Part shown: piece by piece, positions 20,863-33,789 of the stretch
Layout of the letters: every line of letters begins with the position of its first letter
Position numbering within the stretch: the first letter of the stretch is position 1
DNA from: Eledone cirrhosa
Taxonomy: Eukaryota
NCBI GenBank assembly: GCA_964016885.1
Contig: OZ024762.1
Coordinates: 3,348,001-3,412,000 of the forward strand
Reading direction: 5' to 3'
Length of the DNA stretch: 64,000 nucleotides
Program-made: the position numbers and the translations under genes
Notes under the pieces: generated by a model
What the model was told of the DNA's origin: nothing
Seen by the model: the letters and a program-made list of their open reading frames with translations, nothing else
Database searches by the model: none

Positions 20863-23130
20863 ACCATCACCGTTTAACATCCATTTTTCCATGCTAGCAT
20901 GGGTTAGACAGGTTGTCCTGTTTGAAGCAAGTTGGGTCAGGTGACTGTGTTTTGCTCACACAGAACTGTTTCTGGCTTGGATGCCCTTCTTAACACCAAC
21001 CACATTTACAGTGTGTGCTGGGAGCTTTTTCTTGTGTCACCATCACAACCACTTTACTGTATGGGCTGGGGGCTTCACTAGATGTATGCTTCAGCCTGTC
21101 CTCATGAGAGATGTATGGGATAGTGGGATGGGGGTGGTACATACTATATATATATATGAATGCTTCAACTTCAGCTTCAGCCCATAAGAAGGCAGGTCTT
21201 CTGTATTACCGTATAGTGATAGAGATCCCAGTCCTGTGTCATTGTCTTTGACAGGTGCAATTTACTCCAACGCCTCCATCGACTTAGAGCGCTCTGCACC
21301 TTTTTATGCAACTGTCATCCTTATACGCATCACATGTCCATACCAATGCATTCTTCTCTCCTGTACACTGCATCAAATTCCCCTTATACCTAGTTTATCT
21401 CTTAGTTTGTTTATGCTTTGCGGTTCATGTAAATTAATATTACACATCCTTCGGAGCATGCAAGCTTCATTTCTTTCCAATCTATACAAGTTTTCTGCAT
21501 ACATGTAACATTGCTGTTCGTATATATAGGCATCATACAGTCTGCCTTTCATTTTGAGGGAAAAGCCTTTTGTAGCTAGCAGTAGTAGTGGTTCTCAGAA
21601 CTTCTTCCATCCTGTTCTAACTCTGGCTACTCTTCTTTCATAACACCCACCTCCACTGCTAATTTGGTCACCCAAGTAGCAGAATCTGTCTACTGTGTCT
21701 ACCAAACTTTTCTGGAACTTGATAGCACTTGTTTCCTGTGGTCGTTTGCTGCTTACTTCCCCACATGTAAAACATACATTTTTGGCTAAACTTCCTGAGA
21801 TTTCACTACATCTTTTGTGTACCCATAGTTTGCATTTGGGACAGAGGATGGAATTTCTACCTACTTTTCTTGCATACTGAACAAAACCATGAGGGGATCA
21901 GGGCTCTGCTTTCTCTTCTACTTACTAGGACCTTAGTCTTTCTCAGGTTGACTTTGAGACCCTTTCTTTCTAATCCCTGCTTCCATGTTTGGAATTTCTT
22001 CTCTAGTTCCACCATAGACTCTGCTATGAGTGTAAGATCGTTCGCGTATAGGAATTCCCATGGGTAGCCAGTTTTAAACTCCTCTGTTATAGCCTGCAAT
22101 ATGATAATAAACAGGAGGGGGCTAAGAACAGAGTCTGGCTGATGCCAACTTGCACACTAAATTCCTCGCTATAGTCATTGTTAATCCTAACTTTGCTGAC
22201 TGCTCCTCTATACATAGCTTGTACAGCCTTCACAAGCCACTTATCTCCTAGTTTTCTAAGAGCCCACCAGATTATAGCATGGGGCAATCTGTCAAAAGCT
22301 TTCTCCTGATCAACAAATTCCAGGTAGTGCAGCTTACTTTTAACTATGTACTTTTCCTGTAACTGCTTCACCAGGAAGAGAGCATCTGTGGTGGTTTCGG
22401 CTGGTACAAACTCAAACTGCATCTCATCTAGATTTATCTGGTCCCTAATCAGCTGTGCTATGACTCTTTCTGTTACTTTCATGACCTTGTCCATCAACTT
22501 GATGCCTCTATAGTTTCCTCTATTTAATGCATCTCTTTTACCCTTGTAGCAGTTGACAATGATGCTGCTGCACCAATCATTTGGTATAACACCATCTAGT
22601 ATTACTTGGTTTACAGTATGTGTGGTTATTGTGTGACCTACTGACCCAGATGATTTCAGCATCTCAGCAACTATCCCCAATAGACCAGCTGCTTTCCCAG
22701 TCTTCATATCCTTAATTGCCTTACTACACTGCTGCTGACTTGTATTGTTGGGCCCTCTATAGATTCCACTTAGCGTAGGGTCTCTTTCTCCCATGCATTC
22801 CCTTCATTCAGTAATCTTTCATATTGGCTCTTCCATGCAGCCTTCTTTTAAGCACTTGTGAGGGCATGTGTGCCTTTGTCATCTCTGACACATTTCTCAT
22901 CAATGACATCACAATGTCTAACGTACTGCCTCGCAATCCTGAATACTTCATGTTTTGCATCTTGCTGCAAAACATGCTTGAATTTTTTATCCTCTGCTTT
23001 CCTCCTGGCCTCTAAATAATGTACCCTGCTTCCCCCATTCTTCTATTTTTTCCATGCCTGTTTCTTGGCCTTATTATTCCACCACCAAGTCACTCTCCTC
23101 TCTGTAGCCCTACTCCATCTACAGATCTCA
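20863..23130 (-). mobile_element. Degenerate RTE LINE (RT N-half through 3' tail)
   Basis: ORFs 22087-22794 and 21857-22099 (NYRGIKL, EKAFDR, YANDL); frameshifts. Confidence 0.9.
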
Positions 23131-23629
23131 TCTTATATGTGTGTGTGCGTGTGTATGTACAGGTGTATTTTGAAAATCTTCAAGTCTGCCTATAGATTAA
23201 CTAATAAATAAATTCTAAATGGATATTGTAGTATTCAATACATTCCATAAATGTGCACTCTCTTGGAACAACAAGTATATATCTATATAAAGTATATATC
23301 AAGGTGCCAGTTGCACAAAAGTGGAATTAAACCATACATCACATGATTACAAAGTAAACCACTTAACCACATAGCCATGTCTGTGCTTATGAATAATACA
23401 TTTCAGCAAATTAACCTTAGCTCATCATAAAGTAAGTATTTTAGTATTTTATACTAACACCACCACGAGGACAACAGCTCAGCAACTCTGATCAGGGTTT
23501 CAATCCTTTGATCATCTCCAAGTAAGTGAAAACTTTGTTATTCCTCCATAGAGATTTCATAGAAGATTGAGCTGTGATCTGTTATATACAAACTATAACT
23601 AATGATATTCTTTTTTTTTTTGTGATGCC

Positions 23630-24085
23630 TCCAATTTGATTGGTTGATTTTTACTTTAATTTTCATGACACGAGAAATCTGATTGGTTGATTTTTACTTT
23701 CATATTCGCGACACAAGAAATCCTATTGGTTGATTTTATTTTCATTTTCACGGCACAACAAATTTGATTGTTGAATTTAGTATCATTTTCACTACACATC
23801 AACTCTGATTGGTTGATATTACTTTAATTTTCAATACATTATGATTGGCTGAATTTACTTTCATTTTCGTTACACAATTCTGGTTGGTTGATATTACAAT
23901 CATTTTCACAACATATCAACTCTGATTGGTTGATTTTACTTTGATTTTCACTACACATCAAATCTGATTGGTCGATATTACTTTCATTTTCACTATATGA
24001 CAACTTTGATTGGTTAATTTCTCTTCACAATACATGTCACATGATAAACTAATTTTAATATGCAAACATTTTTGATTGGTCATTT
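23630..24085. repeat. Degenerate ~42-bp tandem with ATTGG (CCAAT) in most units
   Basis: ctgattggttgatttt recurring about 11 times. Confidence 0.85.
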
Positions 24086-24159
24086 TCTTTTTCTTTCTTC
24101 GACACGCATACTATAATCACATGACACTGTCACATGACACTGTCACATACCACGTCTTA

Positions 24160-24640
24160 TCTTATCCTACACACCACAACTTATCCCTCTTATACCCAGT
24201 TTCTCTCTCAACTCATCTATGCTTGGTCGTTCATTGACATTGACATTGCACATCCAACGGAGCATGCTTGCTTGATTTCTCTCCAGCCGTCGTATATCCT
24301 CCGCAGTTGCTGCCCATGTCTCACTACCATGCAGCATTGTGCATCTCACACAGGCATCATATAACTGGCCTTTCGTACGCAGGGAGAAACCCTTCTTTGT
24401 CAACAGAGGAAGCAGCTCCTTAAACTTCTTCCAACCCATCCTTATTCTAGATATTATGGCCTCAGAACGCCCCCCCCCCCTCCTATGCTAATCTTATCAC
24501 CTGGGTACAGGAAGCTATCAACCACTTCTATAGAATCCACCTGCATTGGAAAAATGTGTCTATCACATCGATTTCTACTTTCAAATCTCCCTGTACATCT
24601 ACTGTATACATTGTTTTCCCCACCTGTTAGTTTGCCTGCT
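24160..24640 (-). mobile_element. RTE family B fragment
   Basis: ORF 24167-24439 (WKKFKELLP...MLHGSETW). Confidence 0.85.
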
Positions 24641-24695
24641 ATATATACATACATATGCACAACTATATATATATATGTATGTTTCTCTCTCTCTC

Positions 24696-24739
<44 letters not shown>

Positions 24740-24783
24740 CATATGCACAACTATATATATATATGTATGTTTCTCTCTCTCTT

Positions 24784-24817
<34 letters not shown>

Positions 24818-24883
24818 CATACATATGCACAACTATATATATATATATTTATGTTTCTCTCTCTCTCTTCATATATATATATA

Positions 24884-24928
<45 letters not shown>

Positions 24929-24929
24929 T

Positions 24930-25076
<147 letters not shown>

Positions 25077-25127
25077 ATGTTTCTCTCTCTCTCTCTCTCT
25101 CTCCATATATATATATATATGTATGTT

Positions 25128-25208
<81 letters not shown>

Positions 25209-26212
25209 GTATTTTTCAAATAATTAAATACTAACAACCAACACTGCGTTTTTCTTTCCTGGACCACCTGGAGCGGAAACTTGGAAGATTTCCCAAGTGA
25301 TGTGGAACTGCTGTTGTTGTTGTTGTTGGTAGTCTCATTGGTGGCAGGGGTGGTGTTGGTGTTGATGGTGGTGTTTGTATTGTTGGTGTTGTTGATGGTG
25401 TTGTTTTTGGTGGTGGTGGTCTCATTGGTGGCAGGGGTGTTGGTGGTCGGTGTGTTGTTGGTGTTGTTGGTAGTGGTGCTGCTACAGGTGCTGCTGTTGT
25501 GTTGGTATCGTGTCTACTAATCAGAAACTTAAGGGATTTCAAAGAAAGAAGTGCAAATAATGTAAATTTGGTTTTAGGATCTCTTTATCAATCTACCTGT
25601 CTTTGTCTCTACCTGCCTCTCTGCTGATATATCTGTCTATTTATTTATCAATCAATCAATCTATCTATCTATCATTTCACCCACCTCTCTCTTTGCCTGC
25701 CTATTTACCTTCATAGCCCCACCCCCCTCTCTCTCTCTCTATATATATATATATATCAAAGATAATGCAAGCAAACTAATCAAAGGAGAGAGACAAGGGA
25801 TTAGTTATGTAGATTACATGTCTGTAGTGAAGCGGGTAGTGTGATCAATACATGTAAGTAGCAAGACAAGAGAACAAAGCAAGTAAGCCAAAGAAAAAAT
25901 GTCAAGCAAAAATGGAAATAGTTGAGCAATAATACATATATTAAATATTAACATCAGATTTTAGAAGAATTCTTCAAAAATCTGATTTTGTTTTCTCTTA
26001 TATGTAATATATGTATGTATGTATATGTATATATATATATATCATCATCATCATCATCATCACCATTTTACGTCCGTTCTTCTACGCTAACATGGGTTAG
26101 ACGGGTTGTCCTGTTGTGAACAGTGTCCGGTCGGCTGACCATGTCTTGCACATACGGGAACTGATTCTGGCTTGATTTCTACAGCTGGATGCCCTTCTTA
26201 ACACGAACCTCA

Positions 26213-26745
26213 TTTACAGTGTGGGCTAGGTGCTTTTTTTTCTGTGGCGCCTACACGTCCACTTTACAGTGTGGGCTGGGTGCTTTTTTTTCTGTGGCGC
26301 CTACACGTCCACTTTACAGTGTGGGCTGGGTGCTTTTTTTTCTGTGGCGCCTACACGTCCACTTTACAGTGTGGGCTAGGTGCTTTTTTTTCTGTGGCGC
26401 CTACACGTCCACTTTACAGTGTGGGCTAGGTGCTTTTTTTTCTGTGGCGCCTACACGTCCACTTTACAGTGTGGGCTGGGTGCTTTTTTTCTGTGGCGCC
26501 TACACGTCCACTTTACAGTGTGGGCTGGGTGCTTTTTTTTCTGTGGCGCCTACACGTCCACTTTACAGTGTGGGCTGGGTGCTTTTTTTTCTGTGGCGCC
26601 TACACGTCCACTTTACAGTGTGGGCTAGGTGCTTTTTTTTCTGTGGCGCCTACACGTCCACTTTACAGTGTGGGCTAGGTGCTTTTTTTTCTGTGGCGCC
26701 TACACGTCCACTTTACAGTGTGGGCTAGGTGCTTTTTTTACCGTG
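26213..26745. repeat. 50-bp minisatellite x~10.5 inside a SINE/RTE-UTR copy
   Basis: tttacagtgtgggctRggtgcttttttttctgtggcgcctacacgtccac. Confidence 0.95.
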
Positions 26746-26958
26746 GCACTTTGCAGTGGGAGGGGGTGGGGGCATATTGTCTATATGCTTCAGCTTCGGC
26801 TTGTACCCGTGGGAAGTTGGGTCTTCTGTATTACTGCGTGACGCCAGAGGTCACGGTAGTATGTCATCGCCCTTGAGAGGTGCAATATATATATATATAT
26901 ATATATGTAATAAAAGAATGAAGAATAACATGGTCAGCTGTACAATAGGGTTTATTTA

Positions 26959-27071
26959 CAGTATTAACAATTGTTTCTTTAGTCAGGTGAGTCTAAAAGT
27001 CGCTGATCGTTAGAAGTTACGTCACTCAACCTTAATTATAATCAATACCCGACCAAATCGTCAGAATACTG
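26959..27071 (-). ncRNA. Type-I hammerhead motif with enlarged loop II
   Basis: cagtatt-CTGACGA-tttggtcgggt-(~57 nt)-acctgactaaa-GAAA-caattg-TT-aatactg; 7-bp stem I, 11-bp stem II, palindromic stem III. Confidence 0.72.
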
Positions 27072-27321
27072 ATATCAGTATTCTGACGAGTTAATACTGT
27101 AAATAAATCCTATTGTAAGGCCGACCATGTTATTCTTCATTTTTTTTAATGTTATTACTCCAATTTCCTGCCTAGGAACTTTCTTAAACCAGCCGCCCGA
27201 CTAACGAAAGTTCTTGTTGAGTCAAACAACGGCATACGTTAAAACTATCCTCGACACAGAATACTCACAACCTCTAGCTGGATTACCTTAAACGATACCT
27301 TGTTATCCTATATATATATAT

Positions 27322-27980
27322 AAGTGAGAAATTAGGCATAAGAGGGATCAGATGCTGTTTACTTGAGAGAAGACTACGTTGGTATGGTCACGTGATGCAC
27401 ATGAAAGACGACAGCTGTATAAAAAAGTGCAGGGCGATCAAAATTGATGGTAGTTACGGAGTAGGCAGACCCAGAAAACCCTGGGATGATTTGATAAATT
27501 CCGACCTTACACACTTACACCTCTCTAAGACAATGTCACTGGATCGAGATCTTTGGTGCTATGCAGTAATACAGAAAACCCGCCTTACCTAAGTACAAAG
27601 CAAAACCTACAGTCAGTAGGCACCTCTTAATCAAATATACACCCCCATCCCAGTACCCCTACTCCCCCACCCCATCAACACCACCCCTTTCTCTGTAAAG
27701 TTATGTTGGTACCACAACATCCAGTCCTAAATAAATGAGGTTCTGTAGGTGCCACGACAAAAACACACAGTCCATGCTGTAATGTGGCCGTGTAGGTAAC
27801 ACAGTAAAAACCTCCCAGTCCACACTGTAAACGTGGTTGGTGTTAGGAAGGGCATCCAGCCATAGAAAATCTGCCAGACAGCCCCATATGAGCGAGTCAA
27901 CCAATCTTGCCTCAAGAGGGACAATTTTCGTCTAAACCCATGCTAGCGTGGAAGATAGACGTTAAACAATGATGATCATG
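27322..27980 (+). mobile_element. RTE family A 3' end
   Basis: ORF 27392-27592 plus the shared 3' UTR. Confidence 0.88.
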
Positions 27981-28795
27981 ATATATATATACATACACAC
28001 ACACATATATATATATATATACAAACTTTAGCTGAAAGAAACACTTATCATTTCATTCCAGTATCTATCTACTATCATCTTTCTTTCTTTCCTGCCTTCC
28101 TTCCTTTATTTTTTTCGATCTTTCTTCCTTTCTTTCCTCCCCTCTCCCTCCTCCTTCCTCTCCCCTTCTCTCCCTCCTCCTTCCTCTCCCCTTATCTACC
28201 CCTACCCATTAGACCCTTCAATAGATCAACAAGACAGCAACCCTAAGCCATACTTAAAATATCTCGCTATCTCGTTATCTATTAATTAAGTTAGAGGCAA
28301 ATTAGAGTTTTTTTTATCATTGTCAAGCTAAACAAAAAAACATTTATTGAATATGTTCAAATTTAATAACTGATTTGAAGTAGATTGTCAGCATATGTAT
28401 GTGTGTGTATGTGTGTGGGTGTATATATATATGTGTGTGTGTGTTTGTGTGTGTATTTGTGTGTCTATGTATACGTGTGTGTGTGTATTTTTATATATAT
28501 ATATGTGTGTATGTATATATATATATGTGAATGTATATGTATATTGTGTATGTGTATATGTGTGTACGTATATATATATATATGTGTATGTGTGTGTACG
28601 TATATATATATGTGTATGTGTGTGTACGTATATATATATGTGTATGTGTGTGTGTACATATATATATGTGTGTATGTATGTGTGTACATGTATGTATGTG
28701 TGTACATATATGTCTAGGGTGTATGAAAACAAATCATCCGATATATATATATGTAAATCGGATGATTCTCTTTGAATATAAATGTATGTATATTG

Positions 28796-28827
<32 letters not shown>

Positions 28828-28843
28828 TATACATATATATATT

Positions 28844-28882
<39 letters not shown>

Positions 28883-28895
28883 ATATATATGTATA

Positions 28896-28995
28896 CAGGG
28901 TGTCCCCAAAAATGTATACTCACTTCAACAGCATTCTAATAAATATTGCTTGCACAAGTAATCAAAGTATGTATACATTTCTGGGGAGCACCCTG
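28896..28995. mobile_element. 100-bp Tc1/mariner-type MITE
   Basis: ta-cagggtgtccccaaaaatgtatac...gtatacatttctggggagcaccctg-ta. Confidence 0.8.
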
Positions 28996-29013
28996 TATAT
29001 ATATATATATATA

Positions 29014-29350
29014 GGAGGCACATGGCTTAGTGGTTAGAGCATTGGCCTTGCAATCGAAAGGTTGTGAGTTCAATTCTCAGACCGGGTGATGTGTTGTTTC
29101 CTTGAGCAAGACACTTTATTTCACATTGCTCCAGTTTACTCAGATGTAGAAATGAGATGATAGGGACTGGGGTCCCTATCATTCCACTGTAAAGTGGACG
29201 TGGAGGTGCCACGGCAAAAAAAGCACCTAGCACTCACTGTAAATGAGGTTGGTGTTAGGAAGGGCATCCAGCTGTAGAAATCAAGCCAAAAGCAGTTCCC
29301 GTCCCACCCTTGCAAGCAGGGAAAAAGTGGACGTAAAATGAAATGATGAT
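29014..29350 (+). mobile_element. tRNA-derived SINE family 1, full length
   Basis: A box tggcttagtgg, B box gagttcaattc, central ttaggaagggcatccagc domain, RTE-B-type tail. Confidence 0.85.
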
Positions 29351-30694
29351 ATATACGATTGGAAGATTAGTAAAATTGAAGCTGTGGCAGTCAGCCAACA
29401 TCTGCAAAAGAACAAAATTTGGAGTTTGCACGAACCAGTCAATAAGAATGTATCGATAAATCAATATGTGAGAAACATACGTTATAAAGCGTAACAAATT
29501 GAAAAGGGGAATTGTGGTTAAAGGGACAAAGCCACAGAAGCCACCACAACAACGAAAATACTATCAGGTTAATTAACAAACCTGGACCGTATCGAAGGCT
29601 ATTATATAATATCCTCGATTGGTTTCTATGAATCCCAAATCAACAATCTGACGTGCGCAAGTTTTGGGTATTTGTAGACCGAAACGGGGACTACGATATC
29701 AACAGGTTTCCTAAGATCGATATGAAGTGTAGTAACAGACACTGCATCACTGTCACCAGCAGAGGAAAGAACATCTGGGTTTTTGGCAGGCAAATTCCAA
29801 TTGTGAACAAATTGATTTTGTTCAACATGCCGAATAAGTAACTCACTACCAGAGTTATTAAACAAACATAAATAACCAATCAATGGAATTATCCAATTAA
29901 ATTAATTGATTAATTATTAGATCTAGGAGAGAATAATATGATTGGAAGGTTAGTAAAATCGAAGCTGTGGTGGTTGGCCAACATATATATATGTACTTTC
30001 ACCCTTAACGAGCCCTCTTTGGAATTTAGTCTTCACATTTATTATTACTGTATATCATCATCATCATCATCATCATCATTTCATTTTACGTCTGCTTTTT
30101 CCCTGCTTGCAAGGGTGGGACGGGAACTGATTCTGGCTTGATTTCTACAGCTGGATGCCCTTCCTAACACCAACCTCATTTACAGTGAGTGCTGGGTGCT
30201 TTTTTGCCGTGGTACCTCCACGACCACCTTGCGGTAGGGGGTGTGGGGGCATATTGTCTATATGCTTCAGCTTGTACCCATGGGAGGTCGGGTACTCTGT
30301 ATTACTGCGTGACGCCAGAGGTCACGGTCGTGTGTCATCGCCTTTGAGAGGTGTAATTGGGTAAGGTCGGCTTTTAGGTAAGGTCAGCTTTATATATATA
30401 TATATATATATAAGAATATGGATTGAGGAAGACGAAGCTGTGTGGTTACTGATAACGAGTGTTAGAAGGTAAGGCGACACAAACAAGAGATGGACAGTTT
30501 CCCTTCGTCAGCTGTTTACTATGGGTCATGGATGTTTCGGCACATTGTGACCCATAGTAAACAGCTGACGAAGGGCCTCAATCCATATTCTTATATATAT
30601 ATATATATATATACACATATATATACACATATATATATATATATATATACACATATATATATACATACATATACATATATATATATATATATAT

Positions 30695-30734
<40 letters not shown>

Positions 30735-31124
30735 GTGTGTGTATGAATACACACACACACACGTGTATATATATATGCATACATATATATCAATATATCT
30801 CTATATCTCTATATATATCAATATTTATACATACATACACATCTATTATACACATCTATCAGTAATGTAATCTACAGAAATTGGATAATGTAACAAGTTG
30901 CCCATTACCCCACCACTACCACCACCTCCAACAACAACAACAACAACAACAACAACCACAACAACAGTAATAACAGACAGTTTGGAATACAGAGTTTATT
31001 CAATTTCCATTCCTTATGATAAATGTAAACTATTTAAAGTTGTTCTCAGTGTTTGGAGAAATTAATGTTGTTAAGACAAGACTGATGTTTGGTATGTTTT
31101 GCATGTGTGGTGTGTGGGTCTGCT

Positions 31125-32042
<918 letters not shown>

Positions 32043-32247
32043 GATGGGGGCATATGGCTTAGAGCATTGGGCTTGCAATCGAAAGGTTGTGAGTTTAATG
32101 TGTGATGTGTTGTTTCCTTGAGCAAGACACTTTATTAATATATATATTTATTTATATTGTTATACTTTGGTAGGGTCATGTTGCCAATAAGAAATACGCA
32201 CCAGTTGCTTTCACTTCAATTTAAATTTAAATTTTATTTATTTGCTC

Positions 32248-32798
32248 TGTTCGGTAAACCCATACGTACATATATATATATATGTGTGCATGTATGTATG
32301 AATATACATACTACTGTACGGCTGTATACATATATGTATGTACGTATACATACTTATATTTAAGTATCAGCCGTACTAAGAGTGAGAAATGAAATTTCAT
32401 TCTTTTCCACTTATCGTTTTCGGTACGCCCGCCCGATTAACTCACTCGATATGCAAATTAGGCTGCTCAGCCGTTAATATGCATCAGGAAAGTATATACT
32501 TTCAAACGTTCAATCAACTGACAGGAAGGTATACGGTGCTGATGACAGCTAATAAGCTAGAAACTAGTTCATCGTTCCTTTGTCAGTGTTGAACAAAATG
32601 GCTATGATGGTTGCTGAACACTGTACGGCTTAATTCGGGCTGTTTGTTTACAAACAAACCGAGCATTATAATAAATGTTTGGTAAACCCATACGTACATA
32701 TATATATATATATATGTGTGTGTGCATGTATATATATATATACATACTACTGTACGTCTGTATATATATATGTATGTACGTATACATACTTATATTTA
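32248..32798 (+). mobile_element. Retrozyme-like (or Penelope pLTR-derived) non-coding element, ~1.3 units of a 428-nt monomer
   Basis: ggtaaacccatacgtac...cttatattta repeated at 32253 and 32681; HHR inside; homologous copy at 51115-51550. Confidence 0.65.
32517..32587 (+). ncRNA. Type-I hammerhead ribozyme motif
   Basis: actgacaggaagg-tat-acggtg-CTGATGA-c-agct-aata-agct-a-GAAA-ctag-TT-catcgt-tcctttgtcagt; long stem I with internal loop; palindromic ACUAGU stem III. Confidence 0.75.
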
Positions 32799-33194
32799 TA
32801 TATATATATATATATATATATGATAAATAGAGGTTGACTGTGATGGTCCTGAGACTTGCTCACTCAGAAGTTAAACAAGCCTGAGGACTGGCAAATGTTA
32901 AAGTCACAGTCAATCTTTGATTTGATTATATATCAAGTACTGAGAGTTGTTTCACCAGCAAATATTTGTTGTTATTCAATTAATAATAACCATAATCCAC
33001 ACACACACACACATATATATGTATATATTATATATGTGTGTGTGTATGGGTGTATATAGGCATCATAATACTTGTATGTTGTACTCATGCATTATTCAGT
33101 CCCACCTTTGCAAGCAAGGAAAAGTGGACGTAAAATGATGATAATGATGATATACACACATCTATATCTATCTGTCTCTCTATATGTATGTATG

Positions 33195-33230
<36 letters not shown>

Positions 33231-33570
33231 CACAAACATCTATATCTATATACACACAAACATCTATATCAATATCTATATACACACACACAAACATCTA
33301 TATATACACACACAAACATCTATATATATACACACACACAAACATCTATATCTATATATATACACACACAAACATCTATATATATATATACACACACAAA
33401 CATCTATATCTATATCTATATACACACACACAAACATCTATATATATATATATATACACACACAAACATCTATATCTATATATATATACACACACACAAA
33501 CATCTATATATATATATATACACACACAAACATCTATATCTATATATATATACACACACAAACATCTACA

Positions 33571-33708
<138 letters not shown>

Positions 33709-33789
33709 TAATCATCTATCTCTCTATATATATATTTCTATATGTATGCATGTATGATGATGATCATCATATATATATATATATTTAGT

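Noticed and set aside
29014-29090. tRNA gene
   Set aside because: A and B boxes are present, but the sequence continues into a SINE body in three near-identical copies and no convincing acceptor stem was found
32825-32970. CTGAGGA plus an opposite-strand GAAAC within an inverted-repeat island
   Set aside because: The halves are on different strands; a ribozyme cannot be assembled without assuming rearrangement
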